A stretch of DNA of 64,000 nt, from NCBI GenBank assembly GCA_002633005.1, contig NMRA01000566.1, forward strand, positions 1 to 64,000, read 5' to 3'. Positions 12,301 through 27,300 of the stretch are shown here, piece after piece (the first letter of the stretch is position 1; each line of letters starts with the position of its first letter). Both the position numbers and the translations under genes were made by a program. Source of the stretch: Phoronis australis (Eukaryota > Animalia > Phoronida). The notes below the pieces were generated by a model. That model saw nothing but the letters and a program-made list of their open reading frames with translations, ran no database searches and was not told the origin of the DNA.

Positions 12301-15300
12301 AAAACAACCCAGCATGGCGTGAGTTCGAAATTATATTTCTGCGAATTATTTTCCGTTACCGACAGCCGCTGGCAATTTTGCATGAACGACTTCTTTTCTA
12401 AAATTGTTAAAAGCATTTTCTGGGTATAAATTCAGTTTCACCAAATTTAAACAGTCGAGAAGGAGTTGATAACTGGACCAAGACTTGGGTGGCCACTGGA
12501 AAACGAATACAACATGGCGTTACGATTGGCCAAATTTCATCCTTAAGCACCTAAAATGGCAGTTGCCGACTGAGGACTTACGCGTACTCGAATTGGTCCC
12601 CGGGAGACTTAAGTATGGACTTCTAGCAGATCTTTGCTGGCCTGCTTCTCGTCGGCCGGACGGCCGGTCAATGACCGGTGGTTGATTCGTTTCCGACTGG
12701 TCGTACGAAAAATTTATGATCTGAAATACCCTAAAACTGGATTACTTTCCTATTCTTATCTTCGTAAAGTAAGTTTTCCGTATTCGTCAAATAACACAGC
12801 ATATTTAAACTGAGTTTCTGCTTAAAGTTACCTTAGGTGGCCACAGTAAACCTGGGTTACTTGTATTCACTATTGCCAGATGGAATGAGCTCGGTCTAAA
12901 CACATGCATAAGCCTACGTGTCGTAGCACTCGATCTGGCAGGGGCGAGGCCTGGTATCACTCGCCCTCGAATGGAACAGTTTGTTCGTTAGCAACTGCTA
13001 TACTAAAGGCTATTAAATTTCTTAAGATGTATTAATAAAATTCCTTTTTGTGACTACCACCATGGTGGAAACTCTTTAATTTGTATTTTGGGACTTAATA
13101 GACTGTTTTCATATTACACATTTTCCAGTACTTCATGGCGACCTTCCCTGATTATACGGGTTTCGTAGTCAACTTTGACCCCTGTGTTATCGGATCACCG
13201 TTTATACATACTGTAGTGAATAATCGATATTATTGAATTTGATTGACTTGGACACTCAAACATTTGCTACCGGCAGAGCCAGGTAGCAACTGTTGAGGTG
13301 GGGTGACCGCTGAGCACCCGTTGCGTCCTCTTTTGCAGTTATAAACAAGCATGGTACTGACACATAATGTGTAAACCGATGTAAAATGTTTCGTAGCTTG
13401 CTCACTCTTTTTATTGTTGCAGGCATTGTGTAGGACGACCACAGTATAAATATTCTTGTGGAGCGACATCTGTTGTGTCATGTTGGAACTACCTCTTTTC
13501 AACATTGGGATACGGAAGGTATATATTTGTGCATGCAGAGTGACGGTAGTCAACGTTTTATGCTGCTACTGAATATGTACACCGTTAATTCAGACGCTCA
13601 AACCTAAGGATGCAGGTTTATGGACGAACACTTTGCAATTGCCAAAAGGTGTTCATACTGCTCTGAAGTAGACACCAAATAACTGACAACCTACATTTAT
13701 TTAAAATTGGACCACGAAAGGTATGTTCAGTGCCAAACTTTCTCCTGAAACGAGTAACCCGTTTTTTTCTCGAGCAAACAGGATGGGTCAGTTCAATTTT
13801 CATCAGCTTTTCAGTTGTACAGTCCAGTCACCCACTTAGATAGCAGCTACTGTGGATCTGGAGTTTTTGTTTTGGCTGGAGAAACACAAATGTCAAAATG
13901 TGAAGGTTATCTCAAACCTTGTTTAGTAGCCTCAAAAAACCTATGTTTTGTCAACTAATAAAAGTACGTATTTTCTGAAAAAAAAATCAAAAATATGTTG
14001 TATAATTATGTACCTTTATAATCATTATTACGCTAACACCTTTTAAGCATTTTTTAAGAAATGTACACTCTTAACAAAGTAACCCCTCGGTCGTGTTTAA
14101 TGAAACAGTTTTAAATAAAAAATTCACCAGTAACAGTACCTTGAAAAAACTTTGTAGGAATGTTCAATTAGTCTTCTCATTTGTTTTGTATGACAAATCA
14201 ATTCGCAAAACGTAAGGTATTTTTATAGAAATAGCAGCAGTCGTATTCGATGTCGTTACTTTACGAAAAAAAACTAGGCCTTTATATTCAAAATCCTAAA
14301 AACATTTTAGAGATTGTTAAGTAAATATTATGGTTCTTAAGTTTCAGCGAAAACCACTTAGCCATTTTGAAAAGCTCGTGTTCTTGAGTTGCCGATTTGT
14401 CGAATTCTAGAAAAAGCCGATTAAATCGTTAGAGGTGATTGTCTTAAAGCCTTCGATTGATTATTCGGTGAAAACTTCAATATATCCTATGCACCCCTTA
14501 GCCACGTTCATTATTTCAACATTCACGCGCAATGTCATCTGAAGTTGCAGCGTGTATTATCTTAATTATCACAAACATATTTAATTTAAACAATGCATGG
14601 GGTCTAACCAAGTCACGGGTGAAGCTAACATATTAAGTGGGTCAAACTGGTTCATTTTGGTCAACGTTAAAATAGGTCAACAGCTCACTGTTAGACACAC
14701 AATGCGCTGGGAGAGTGATATGAAACCCAAGTACGAAATGGATACAGAAATCGTGTAGGTGGTTAAAGCACGTTGTGAGCATGATAATGAAACAGCTAAA
14801 TGCCAAATTACCATAATTAAAGAAGTCGGGTGAGGATCTATCTCATTTCACAACTTATTGATGTGTTCGTGAACACCCAGAAGCGTGACACGATTCGTAG
14901 CATTCGTTCTCAACGGTCGTATGCGGGTAGACACGCCCTTCTCTTAGGATCTAACCTACGTGTTGTCTTCTTTTTCCACGGCATCTTTCTATCATAAGTA
15001 CACGTTGTTGATGCAATATTGTGGCTACTCGGCCATGAAAGGACTGGGGGTACATTGTACATACACGTACGGAGCTGCTCTGGTAGGATATTCGATTTGA
15101 GTGACAATCCCGTAACCTTTGACCTCGGATAAGTAGTAAACATTTTTTCCCGAGAATGAAGATACATATAAATTATTACATGGCGTCTTATTTTTGGTCT
15201 AAAATAACTTATACCACAATATTAGCCTGTACAACCGTGTTATAACCCATAAATTTATCTCACTGGTGATATATCAAACTTGGCGGTAAACCGAGGGTGG

Positions 15301-18300
15301 ATTCGAACCCGGGTCTCAAGAGTTTCGAGTTGCCGACTTTACCACTACACCACTCAGCGGCTGACGTCATCGAACGTGATAGAATACTAAAAGAGCACGC
15401 GCAACAATCGCATGTTCAGCAAAGGGCACTGCACCGACATTTATACGCTATGAAAAATAAGACGCATAATTTCCATAAAAACGATATTTTGATTCAGTGA
15501 AAATTTTCTATCGTGTTCCCTCCCTCACTTCTAAATCACGGATCTCCAATTTGAATGCGAGTATCGTGTCTTCGGGATCCTTTGACTTAAGCACTATAGT
15601 CAGTTACTAGTGGTAACCTAGTTTAGCATACGATATTTTCCCGGTCGAAGCTTAGGGTGATAAGATGTGTAGTAAGCTATAATAGTGGCTAAACCTTAAT
15701 TTATAAATTCACTTTATTTTTTTGTTTAAATTTTCAATTGGTTTTGAGTATAAGCATTATTTGACAAAAATAGCTCGGCTTTTCTTAAAAGGTCAAGACC
15801 TCCGACCCCTGACATAGAAAGTAGTTACAATGCCGAGGCGAGTCGAGAAAGGTAGATCGATTCATTGCAATGTTTCTCCTTCAGTCGTTATCCCCCTTAT
15901 CTAGAGCCCTCGTGGAGTTTTGAGAATTATCACCCTCGGGGCTAACGCCCCTCGGGCGATAGTTCTCCAAAATCCACTCGGGCTCTAGATAACAGGGGAT
16001 GACGACTTCGCCATGTCATAATCTATATTTACTAAGCATATGTGAAATACTGTAAAAGTGGCCAATTTTTATGAATACTGTTTGAGATATCCTTAACTTA
16101 CTTTGCGTAATGGAACGAAGCACAATACTATGACTCAGTCGGATGCTTTGTAACTCAAAGTGACAACCTTGGCTTCAGGAAAGCTGGCGGTCTGTTACCG
16201 TGTGCGGGCCTACTGACTGTTTATTCGTCTTTTGACGTTTCACATGGGGGGCACGACGAGATATAAACTATACTAACAAGGTAGTGCTAATGAATAAAGG
16301 ACATTATTTTGAGAAAATTGAAACATCGCCAGAAATTTGTAACATGTACTACTGCACATGCGCGAAATCTTGCCAGAAGCCGTCCTTAATAAGTGGACCG
16401 TGACGGGATCCTCATATTATTAGCAATTTAAGAGTCACGGGGAATAACTGCACAATTTGCCGATAGCCTGATGCAGACACTGTATATTAAGACGTCCCTT
16501 ATGCTTTGAGAATTGGTGGTGTAAGAAGTTATCGGTCGCCCATTTGCACTGTGATGAGAAAAGATCACCTTGTGATCAGTAAGAAGTATTCAACGCCAGA
16601 AATTTGTAACATGCACAACTGCGCATGCGCTAAATCTTGCCAGCAGCCCTCCATAAGAAATACACAAGAGCAGGCAAAAATCAGGAATTTATAAGCAAGG
16701 GGAGATAACTACAAAATTTGCCGATAGCCTGTCACATAGAGTGCATGTTAAGACATGTTACCGCCAAATATCAGCGCCAATGGTGAAAATTTTTCCACGT
16801 CTCTTGAAGTTTGAAGGTTACCCCGTTCAGGCCTATGTTAACGATCGTCCGGAAGCCACTATTTGAGCGCATAGCTCATTTTGAAGTCAAGTTTGTGGCT
16901 GAATTCATTTTGCCATCGGATTTGCCGATAGCCTAGGTGACTACCAGGAGTACTCAGAGGTTGCTGATCCAAATTTCATGTTGTTTCTCGAAAATTTTTC
17001 CACGTCTCTTGTGTTCAGAAAATGGATCGGCGTACAGTGCTGTCAGTGAGATGAAATGTTGCCGATCGCCTGGCTGTCGACTCTTTGCAATGGAATTTGC
17101 ACTCTGTAGATGAGAGATTAGCGTAGAATCGGTAAGAAACTGATTTGTTCATTTTCTCATCCGGTATGAGTTCAGAAATACTTTCGAAGTCGGATTTTGT
17201 ACAGTCATTATGCAAGTTTCGCCTGTGAGTAGGCCTATATAGTTGATATACTAGTAATCTTCAAAATGTTGTTTCGTTTTTTGTGATCCACGGTACGTTG
17301 TCCTTCGTCTTAATTCAGTAACTGTTACATTGGAGTGGATTCCGGACACAAATATGTATTGACAAACATCAGAAAATTAATAAAAAGCGCTTTGGCAGCC
17401 CGTTTAAGCAATTGCAAGCACACGCGGCTCAGGCTGGCTGGCTGGCGTTCAGTTCACATTTGTTGTGGTTATGTTGATAGCTGTGTCTGTGACCCCAATC
17501 ACCCAGCTAGCACTGTCATACTGTAGACCCAGACATTCCAAATGCTGTTATTGTAAACTTGATAAATATTGCTCTGCAGAGCATACTGACTTCGACTCCG
17601 GTAATAGTGCCCAAGCTTCATGACCTTTAACCTTACTATGCGTTGTTATGATTGGTTAGGGACATGGCGCTAAGCGTCACCTAGCGGATCAAGAATGTTA
17701 CAAATTTCTGGCGTTGTGCTGTGTCCATTTCCGATGTTGGATGATCTTGAAAATACTTCCGAAGTTGGAAAAACATTGGATACAACAGTGACATTCTTCA
17801 TTTGTTAGCTGTTTTACACTTGTTATTCTAGCCAGGGGAGTGTGAAAAAGTGAATATGATCGCTTCTGTGTCAAATGTTGCCCGATCAAACACTAACCGA
17901 AACAGTGCAAAAGCATGTTAATCGTCCTCACAGTTAGATAACATGTGCATAATAGGATTTCAACTGCGCTGTTCTTCGCTGTATCATCTAAGGAGTACTG
18001 CTAGCTGTCTCGCGTGCGTCACCTGGTTACTCAGTTTGAAGTCGTTCAGTGTGAAATTTTTGAAGTTATCGAAGTTGCTGCACGTACCATTCGTTCATCT
18101 TCTTACAATGTACACGTGTTTAATAATACTTTCTTGATAAGAAGAGCGTAACTATTCCAAAATTTTGTAAAAAATTGTTTTTATTTGACTAAATAACTAT
18201 TTCAGACACACCCCTATTACGCAAGAAGAAGCCCTTGAAGTGCTGGGGTTCGAGGAAGATTATGGCGAGATATACTTCGGCATACTTGCAAGCAACGATA

Positions 18301-21300
18301 AACTACTGAGGTGAAAATCTCAAAACTCTACCCTATCAGTTTGTCATTGTCTTAGTTCGAGGTAGAGAAAGCCCTGACGACCGAAATCAGTCACTATGCT
18401 GCAACGATTTATCTGTAAATAAACATTTACAGACAAATTGCGTATACGTTCCCTTTCCGAAGGCGCAATAGGGCAGTCCTCCGGCAGCGACACTTCAATT
18501 CGCCCTTACCCACAATGCCGAAATATCGGTCTAGAAATTTTGTAGCCTGCATGTCGCCTTCGCTCTATTGGAGTGCCATGATGTTGCCGTTTTAATGGCA
18601 CGTACTTGCCGTTTACAATACTCTATTTGCCCTTTCGACGCTAAAGAAGAATTACTGCTGTGCTGTGCAGGGCTGCAACTCAGAAAGGTCTTGCGACTTG
18701 CGACATGATCTCTGAAAATGTGCCTGACATTCCAAAATTACGCCAATGAAAATAACGCACTTTCTTGTCACCAGGACAAAGGAGTTTTCTATTGCGTTGT
18801 ACTCAAAGACGACCCTAAGCAACTAATCAAATTCACCCNTTTCCAGTGTGCCCGCAAGGTGATTGGAGGGTGAGCAGCCACAGAACCTGTGGGATTTTTT
18901 CCATTGGGGTCAGGGAAGTAATAAACGTAAGAGAGATCTGATGAAGAAGAGGTAGGAGCAAAATCAGGGGGTGCCTCTCAACCACATCCAAAAGGTTGGG
19001 GGCGGAGTTAATTTCTTAACCTAATATTCCATTTGTTAATATCAATTAATTAACACTTAATTATGGAAACTTTCACCGCACAAACTTTGTTTTAAAATAA
19101 GAATGAAAAATGAATAGACTCTCCTCCCCCAAATCAGGTGTTTCCTACGCCAATGTTCAAAAACTACGCTCTTGCGCTAGCCAAACACGGGTCCAGATCT
19201 TTGCTTCGAAAATTCACACCTTACGACATTCTAAATTCAAGTAGGGGGGCCTGTGCCCAGTTACATGAAACAGTCCCAAATGTCGACTCCATAGGGGCAG
19301 ATCCACGATTTTTAGAGGGGGGAAGTTCAGATCAAAGATTTTTAAGAAGGGTGGCCCACGTCAACCATCTGATATCCGGACCACTTTGACCCTCACCCTG
19401 GACCCGCCTGGGCTCAACTGAGTTCCCTAAAACTTTTGCAATTTTTTTGGTTCTTTGCTCACAGTTTTTATATTTTTCTATCATTTCGTCTTTATTACGA
19501 GCTCAAGAATCGGACCCCTTGCTATACTGTGATGGGAACAGCACCAATCTAATTTTATTGAGCACTTTGCTCACTACAGCTTAGCAGGCGCAACATACAC
19601 TCACAAATAAATGTGTACATGTGACTTTGGAGGTATGGTAATAAAGACCCTTTGTGTATGTACTTCGCGGTATTACCACCATTACATTTTTTAAAAAGCG
19701 GACGTTCGACAAAGAATTGGATGACAATAACAGATAATACTTAAAGGCGTTGGTAACAGCACAGCTTTTGGGTGATATTTCTGTTTCGTAACTCAAGCAT
19801 GTATCACCAGGGCAACTTCCCATGTGTGAACCCCGCTGAAGCTGATTTCCTTATACTAGCTGGTAACCTTGCGAAGCACTGGTTCCCGCTAGTTAATACT
19901 TGTTACAAACTAAAGTCCATACCATGACCATATAACATAGATTATTTGACCAACGACAGCCAAGATGTTGAATTTCAGGGATCACAAAAACAATTTAATT
20001 AAGTAATGGCGAATAAATAAAAACAGTAACTTAACAGATAATCATACAAATATATGACATTATAACATTAGTAAAAGTAGTAGATAAATAATAGTGCATT
20101 TTAAGACTGCTGAAAGAGATTAAAGAAAGTAATTAGAAGCACCAATGGCCATAGAATGAACTAATCTGTAGTTAACAAAATCATGCAAACAATGTACAAT
20201 AATGTTTCTATGTAAGCGATCAAATGTAGGGAACAATAAAGACATTAAGTTAAAATCACCCAGTCCATCACTGAATGACTGACTACAGTTTTACGCAAAA
20301 ACATCCTTTGTTTCAATCGTGAACATCATCGAACTTAATCACTGGGGAAGCGAAAAAGCATAAGTCATGAATTTTCAATTGAATGTTAGCTGCACAGCTG
20401 CAGGCTGTGCAAAAAGCACCATTCTTTTTTTACAGATCGAAGACATCATATCTTGCCATATTTGTTTATTGTATACACTTCCGCTAGACGTCTCTATGCG
20501 TGTCCACGAGTTAGCAGTGGCCGTCAGTGGCAGTCCAGTGGGATTTTGCTAAAAGATTCGACTCCTCTGCGGTCTCTGGAATCAATGGCATTATTCCATC
20601 CTCACCCAAATGAAAAAAGGAACAGATTTTAATATTTGTTTATTTCACTATCAAATGTAGATTGTATACTGTATGGAAATCTTACTTTTTACATAAAAAT
20701 ATTTGTTTTTTTAAGTGTAGCAGTTGCGGTGTTTTCATTAAAACCGCAGTTCCTTTGCGAATTGTTTCTTTTCCTGATTATATTTGTACACGCAGTTCTC
20801 CAGCTCGTAACTAGGTGGCGCTTGATACAAATTAGAATATTCACGGTGTGTAGACCTAATTCACGCCGACAGGAGGCGGGTTCATGATCGAGGCTCGCTA
20901 CGATAGCTCTGGCTTATCGGCATATGTACATGTATGCAGTTGTATTCCGCGTCGCTGGAACGTCTCGGAAATTTTACTGTTTTACAATCCCTACAGACGT
21001 TGAGAATCGGAAGCGTTGGATGGTTGCCATACGCCACGACGACGGAAAATATGTCCGTGTAAAATTTTCAAATGATATCGAAAAGTTAGATCATATTTTG
21101 TCGCATTTCTGCTGCCGAGCATAGCAGCAACAACCGGAGAATGTTCGGCCATCCAGGCTGTGTTTTCATGACTGCAGGTTGAAGCACGTTGCACTTACCT
21201 TTCTAAAAAGGAGAGGGCCCTCAGTCTCTTGATTTTGGGGACATATATCGGCCCTATTACCCTCTGAAAACTTTTGAAAAACCATACGAAATTCCCCCAC

Positions 21301-24300
21301 GAGGCCTAAAATTTCCCCTAGTGATTGAAAATTTCTCTCGGAAGTTCAAATCACACAAGTGAAAATTTGAAAGAGCACAAAATGCTACTTGAGACAGAAC
21401 CTGTGAGAGCTTGCAACAGGACGGGGGTGCTATTGATGGTGATCGGGAGGCAGATTTTTCGTTCGCTCGGCAAAAAAATTCCCCTCTCAGAAGGCACAGT
21501 AACCTTTCCCTCGGATGAACGAGACCGCTGAAGAAAAATTTTAACTATGCTTGCGCTGTCCATTTAACTGAAATTGAGCTCTAAAACAAGGTTATGCTTT
21601 GGACGAACGAATTAGGTGTTTTAATTTTAAAGTTCAACTTGGTCCAGATTGATAATTGAAGCCTAACAAAGTGAAATTGTGCAGAATGCATTTTTGTAAA
21701 CATTTTTCAAGAAGATACAAAACCCTGCATTTAGCATACAGTAATACCTAATCCGTAACACTAGGATCGCCGCAATTTGGCCATATTTACTTTTCATGTT
21801 TCGAACCTAGTTTCGAAAAAAATTATACCCTTTCGTCAGACAACTCTTTGGTGCATTAACGTGTTCTCTAATGTATTTTTCTCTGTGTTTAATTATCGAC
21901 ACATTATTAAGATTTAATATCCAGGTTGGACTCGAAAGACCGACCATTCAACTCACGCAATGTCAACTTCCGCTTTGTTTATCGCAGTGAACCTCGCTTT
22001 GGATTTTAATATCCGCTGCGTGAATTAGGTCTATAGTATTTTTAAGTATTGGATCTATGGAGTGAAGACCTGGTAACGTTCTGAAGTGTACTGACCTCGA
22101 ACAAAATTCCAGATTACATCCCAACTAGAAGTTTAATATATGTAGATAATGCATAGCATTGTGTTCTTGTTGTTATGCTTTAAATAACCTATTTATTCTG
22201 TTTTATCGTTTTAGAGAAAAAACGCTTTTCATTGATTGGAAAATATATATTTGCTCACTATGGCGTGCGACATGGATGTTACCAGAATTACATGGACATG
22301 TACTGATAGCACATGGTGGGCTGGGTTAGTCATTGTGACTTAGGAGATTATTTTGTTTATTTCTTGAAGCTATTTCAATCCTTATGCACTGAAGCTGCAG
22401 ATTTCGGTCTAGCGCTGTCTGATATAAATATTGTCACAGACGTTAGTGGCACTTTGTTTCTCGTTCTGTTTTAGTTGGTTCGAGGAGTTAAATCGAAATT
22501 ACAACGTGAAAGGAAGTTGTCGGATTGCGTACAAGCCTCGTGGAGAAAACCGTACCAATAACGTGGGCCCTCAACAAGCCTTAGAACAGTTGAAAGACGG
22601 CTTAAAGAGAACTGACATCGCCTTCATTTACCACTGCGAAGGACACTACTTCTGTCCCATTGGGTTTGAAGACGCCCCACACTGCCCGAAGGAAGCTTAC
22701 GCGTAAGTATTTTTCAGGAATTGTTGATTATTTAGTGTATTGCAACGAACGATAAAATTGAAGGCTTAACGTGTCCAAAAAGGTCTTTGTTATGTCTGTA
22801 ATATGTGACTGCAAATTAAAACAGCTCGCACTATACCTGTTCGGACACAAAAATGGATGTCGGTCTTTACTCCCATAAAACCAACCACATAATATTCTGT
22901 ACTCTGATAGTATTAGCAACAAAGGCATCGAAATCATCAGCCATTCAACAAAAACGTTTCTGAGTTCATTAGATTGGCCAACCCTAAAAGCCTCAATCCA
23001 AAAATGGTACAGTGTATACATGTATGTAACCTTTGCCTATCTTTTCAGTGGCCGTCTCATTAAACAGCTATTCAACATTTGGGCAGCGTATTATTGATTT
23101 ATTTTACCTCATAGCGCATCGGTTAAGAATTTAACATTGACGAATTGCAGTTTTGAATGCGTTATATTATATTTTGCTTTCCATGAGCTAACCTTAATAT
23201 CTGGCATTCACAGGAACTTTATGCTAAGTGTATTAGTATTCGTGTGTTACTAGACTAAAATTTAACTAAAAATGAATTCGTAATTTCTGAAAACGCACCG
23301 TATCAATATATGCCATCTAAATGGTTTGTGACCGTCAGTGGAGATGACAAAGCAAAGAATTCGCTCACGTTCTCCTTTACCGGTGATTTAGTAAAGAAAT
23401 CAGTAAGAATCTTGGTTCACGCGTATTTTATGTTAATATTAAACAACTTTAAGTTTCCTCATCAAGCTCGACTCTTCCTGACAATGATCAAGAGTCCTGG
23501 ATAATCATAGGAGACACAGCAAAAGACCAGCCGGCAATTCACTGTATCAGGTGATGTATGGATAACAGTATATTTTAGTTATGACATTGCCTTCGTCAAA
23601 CAACTTTTAATTTAGTCCATTTGCTAACAGAAAACCTCTAAAAATGTCCGTTAACGAGTTTACGCCAATATTCACTTTCTAATCATCGCAAAGCAAGAAA
23701 CAGTGTACAGATTCCAAAATAAATCTGAAAGTACAACAAAGTGTTGATGGAAGTAGTCGAGGGAAATTTAGCAAACTGATCTCAGATCCTACAAAATGGT
23801 TTAGAGAAAATGGGTAAGGACCACTGAAGGTACTGTATCTGTACTACGTTATTCACTAAGAAATTAAGCCTCCCAAACCTTCAAAACTTACGAGCAAATT
23901 TTATTGTTATATGACATGTAAATATTATCATTTACATCATTATACATATAAATATAGATTATTACATGGCGGTCATTATCCCCCGTATTCTAGAGCCCGA
24001 GGGGCGTCAGCCCCGAGGGCGATAATTCTCCAAAATCCACGAGGGCTCTAGATAAGGGGGATAACTACTAAGAACATGTAATAATCTATTTATACCACAT
24101 ACTGAACGAGAAACATTGCAATGAGTCCATCTACATTTCTCGACTCGCCTCGACTTTGTAACTATTTTCTTTGTCAGAGGCCTGGGGTCGGAAGTCGTGA
24201 CCTTTTAAGAAAAGCCGAGCTATTTTTGTCAAATAATGTTTTTACTCAAAACCAATTGAAAATTTAAACAAAATAGAAATAAAGTGAATCTATAAATTAA

Positions 24301-27300
24301 GGTTTTGCAACTATTATAGCTTAGTACACATTTTGTCACGCTAAGCTTCGACCGGGAAACTGCTAACGTAGGTTACCACTGGTAACAGGATATAATTCTC
24401 AAGTCCCGACGACACAATACCCGCATTTAAATAGGAGATCGGTGATTTACAAGAAAACATTCACCGAATTAAAATATCGTTTTTATGGAAATTATGCGTC
24501 TTATTTTTCATAGCGTATAAATGTGGGTACAGTGCCCTTTGTTGAACATGCGATTATTGCGCGTGCCCATTTAAGTATTCTATTTTCACTGAGTGGTACA
24601 GAGGTAAAGTCGATGACCGAATCTCTTGCGGTCCAGGTTCGAACCCGGCTTCGCTTTCCCGCCACTAGCCTGAGTGAGATAACTATATGGGTTATTACAC
24701 AGTTGTATTGGCTATTCGAGGCTAATATTGTTGTATGAAGTAGGTTACCACTGGTAACTGAGTATTATGCTTTTTTATGGAAATTATGCGTCTTATTTTT
24801 CACAGCGTATATGTCGGTACAGTGCCCTTTGTTGAATATGCAATTGTAGCGCGTGCTCATTGAAGTATTTTCACGTTGGAGGACGTCAGCCGCTGACTGG
24901 TGCAGTGGTAAAGTCGACGAACCGAAACTCTTGCGGCCCGGTTTCGAAACCGGCGTTGGTTCCCTCCAAAATGTTATCTCACTAGTGAAATAACTAAATA
25001 ATGGTTATTACACTGTTTCATTGGCCATTCGAGACTAATCTTGTGGTATAAATTATAATATATCATATATACCAACTCAATTTTTTAATGAACTCGAATA
25101 AAATGTTAGGTTTAACTTGAAATGTAAATAAATGTAACATCATGATATATTCCAAATAATAATTCCAATAACGCATGGCCCGCGCGATAAGTTAGGTTTG
25201 TTTTGGTGTTGTTCTTGTTACCTGTATATAGTCCCCATCAAGAGCACTGTGCTTATGAATTTTGTTATTAGATATCGAAAATGCTTTTTATGTATATGTT
25301 TTTTAAAAAACAATAAAAAACATCCTGAATAAAACCCTCGATGGTGACCAATTGAAAACTGTGCGAGGGAGAGTAATGAGCTTACGATATCTTAGACGGA
25401 CTCAAGTTTTTGCACGATTCATACAAAAATGTACGGTACGTGGTCGCAATGAGAGATAATAATAGCCTCTGTGCTGCCCGGGGAGTTGACAGTCAGTTTT
25501 CCTTACAACGGGAGCTAATTTTCATCATTATTATGACAATTTGGAACAAAATCGATTAATGTTGTGTTTTTTCCGTCCGCTAATGCCAACCTGTATTTGA
25601 CTTGGTCTGAGCGCCTTCGTGTGAGCGCAATACATTTAACTGAAGGTTCGCCATTGGACCTAACGTACGTGTAAAGCTTGTAATGGTCTGTTGCCTTTGC
25701 CGTAGACCTGTGGACAAAAATGGTTTTACAGAGATCTGATTTTAGGCGCTGCACAGTACTGATGAAGACAGTTGTAGTAGTTTATGTCAATAGCCTACTT
25801 TATAATGTATAATATAAATTTTCGTTTTAAACCACTCAATAACAGCGCCTGTCTGAACAGGAGCTAAACAACAGCAATTGCGGATTCGGGTATATTTTTA
25901 TTGGAGTCACAAGCACCACGAAACTCCAAAATGAAGAAAAATACAGCAGCGCATGATAATGTCAATCGATTTACCTTGGTTCTGTGGTTCATGCACACTG
26001 TACTTGTTAAATCGATTTATGCTCCGGCCAGACCGTGCGTCCACCAGTCGCAGCGTATCAAAATACATTGAAAACCTTCCTCTCCAGTTAGTCGCCCTGT
26101 GCTTGGAATTGAACTCCTGGTATTTAAATTCGAAATCCCGTGTCCTTTGTAGACTTTGCATGACACAGTCCCTTCTGTTAAAGCACATTACATTATGTGT
26201 ACCAAATTTTGTCCACGTCATGATTGGCCTTCGTCCACAAACAACGTGTTTTAATTAATGCTGGATTTATTTGTGTTGAACTTTAACCCTTAAAATATTA
26301 ATGGCCCACTTGTCTTTTTAAAATGAAGAATAAAAACGAGTCGCCTGTAAACAAAATAAGGCGGCATTTGTCATTTTGTCAGATAGGCCTGAGTTTGAAA
26401 TGTCCCCATCAGTGGAATTCTTCGTTCAAGAGGAGGCTTGACTACTCAATCAAAGTAAAACTATCGGGATGTGATTTGTAAGAAAACTGTGGAAATGCCG
26501 CAGGGAGTGTAGCCAGGGAAGGGAGGCAGGAGCCTAAGACATATAAAATGGAACCTTGAGTCTGTGCCCTCCTCCAGCGTAGCATATGAGCTCTCCAATT
26601 GTTTTTCTTAAATTTTAAGACCAACTGGTGACACCGACACCCCTCCTCCACAGTTTGCCTTTTGACGTACCCTGAAAGTGGCATGCATGAACGTAGAAAC
26701 CGTTTAACTCCTATACCAAAAACCAACACTCCATGCGTAACTTTGATGACAAAACTATTGAATTAAGTCCTTTCTGACACAATTCCAACGAACCATTCAG
26801 CTTTCAAGGGAAAGAGGGGGCATTTTTGACGGGTTCAATTTGTCGCATTAAATTTAAACCAACTTAACGGTTCATGTTTTAACGTTGCATACGACTATTC
26901 GAGCATTCTTGTCACTTGACTCCAAATGTAACGCTGTCATATGCACTTAAATAGTGCTACCTGATTGGTCAGTTAAAAATCTGTAGGTGGAATTGTTGAA
27001 GAGGTCATTCATTTTTACAATTATGCCTAATGTAACTGTCAAATGGACCCGTGTTATTTCCCCAATTCCCCATGTTCTTTTACATTGTCACTGTGTGTTA
27101 GTATATCAACAATAATTACAACAAATCATAATCACTGTTACATTCACTTTAGATGGGAAGATATATCGGCTGATCTCAATTACGAAAATCCCGATTTCCT
27201 GGATGTGCGCAGACTTTGGCTTGGTCCCTTGAAAAGAGCAACAGGAGCGGACCAGCTACATGTACATGGTGATAATCGGCACTGTATCATGATGTTTACA

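Noticed and set aside
24588-24960. Functional tRNA genes
   Set aside because: The three copies disagree in the anticodon region, pair poorly and lie inside a repeat; treated as tRNA-derived
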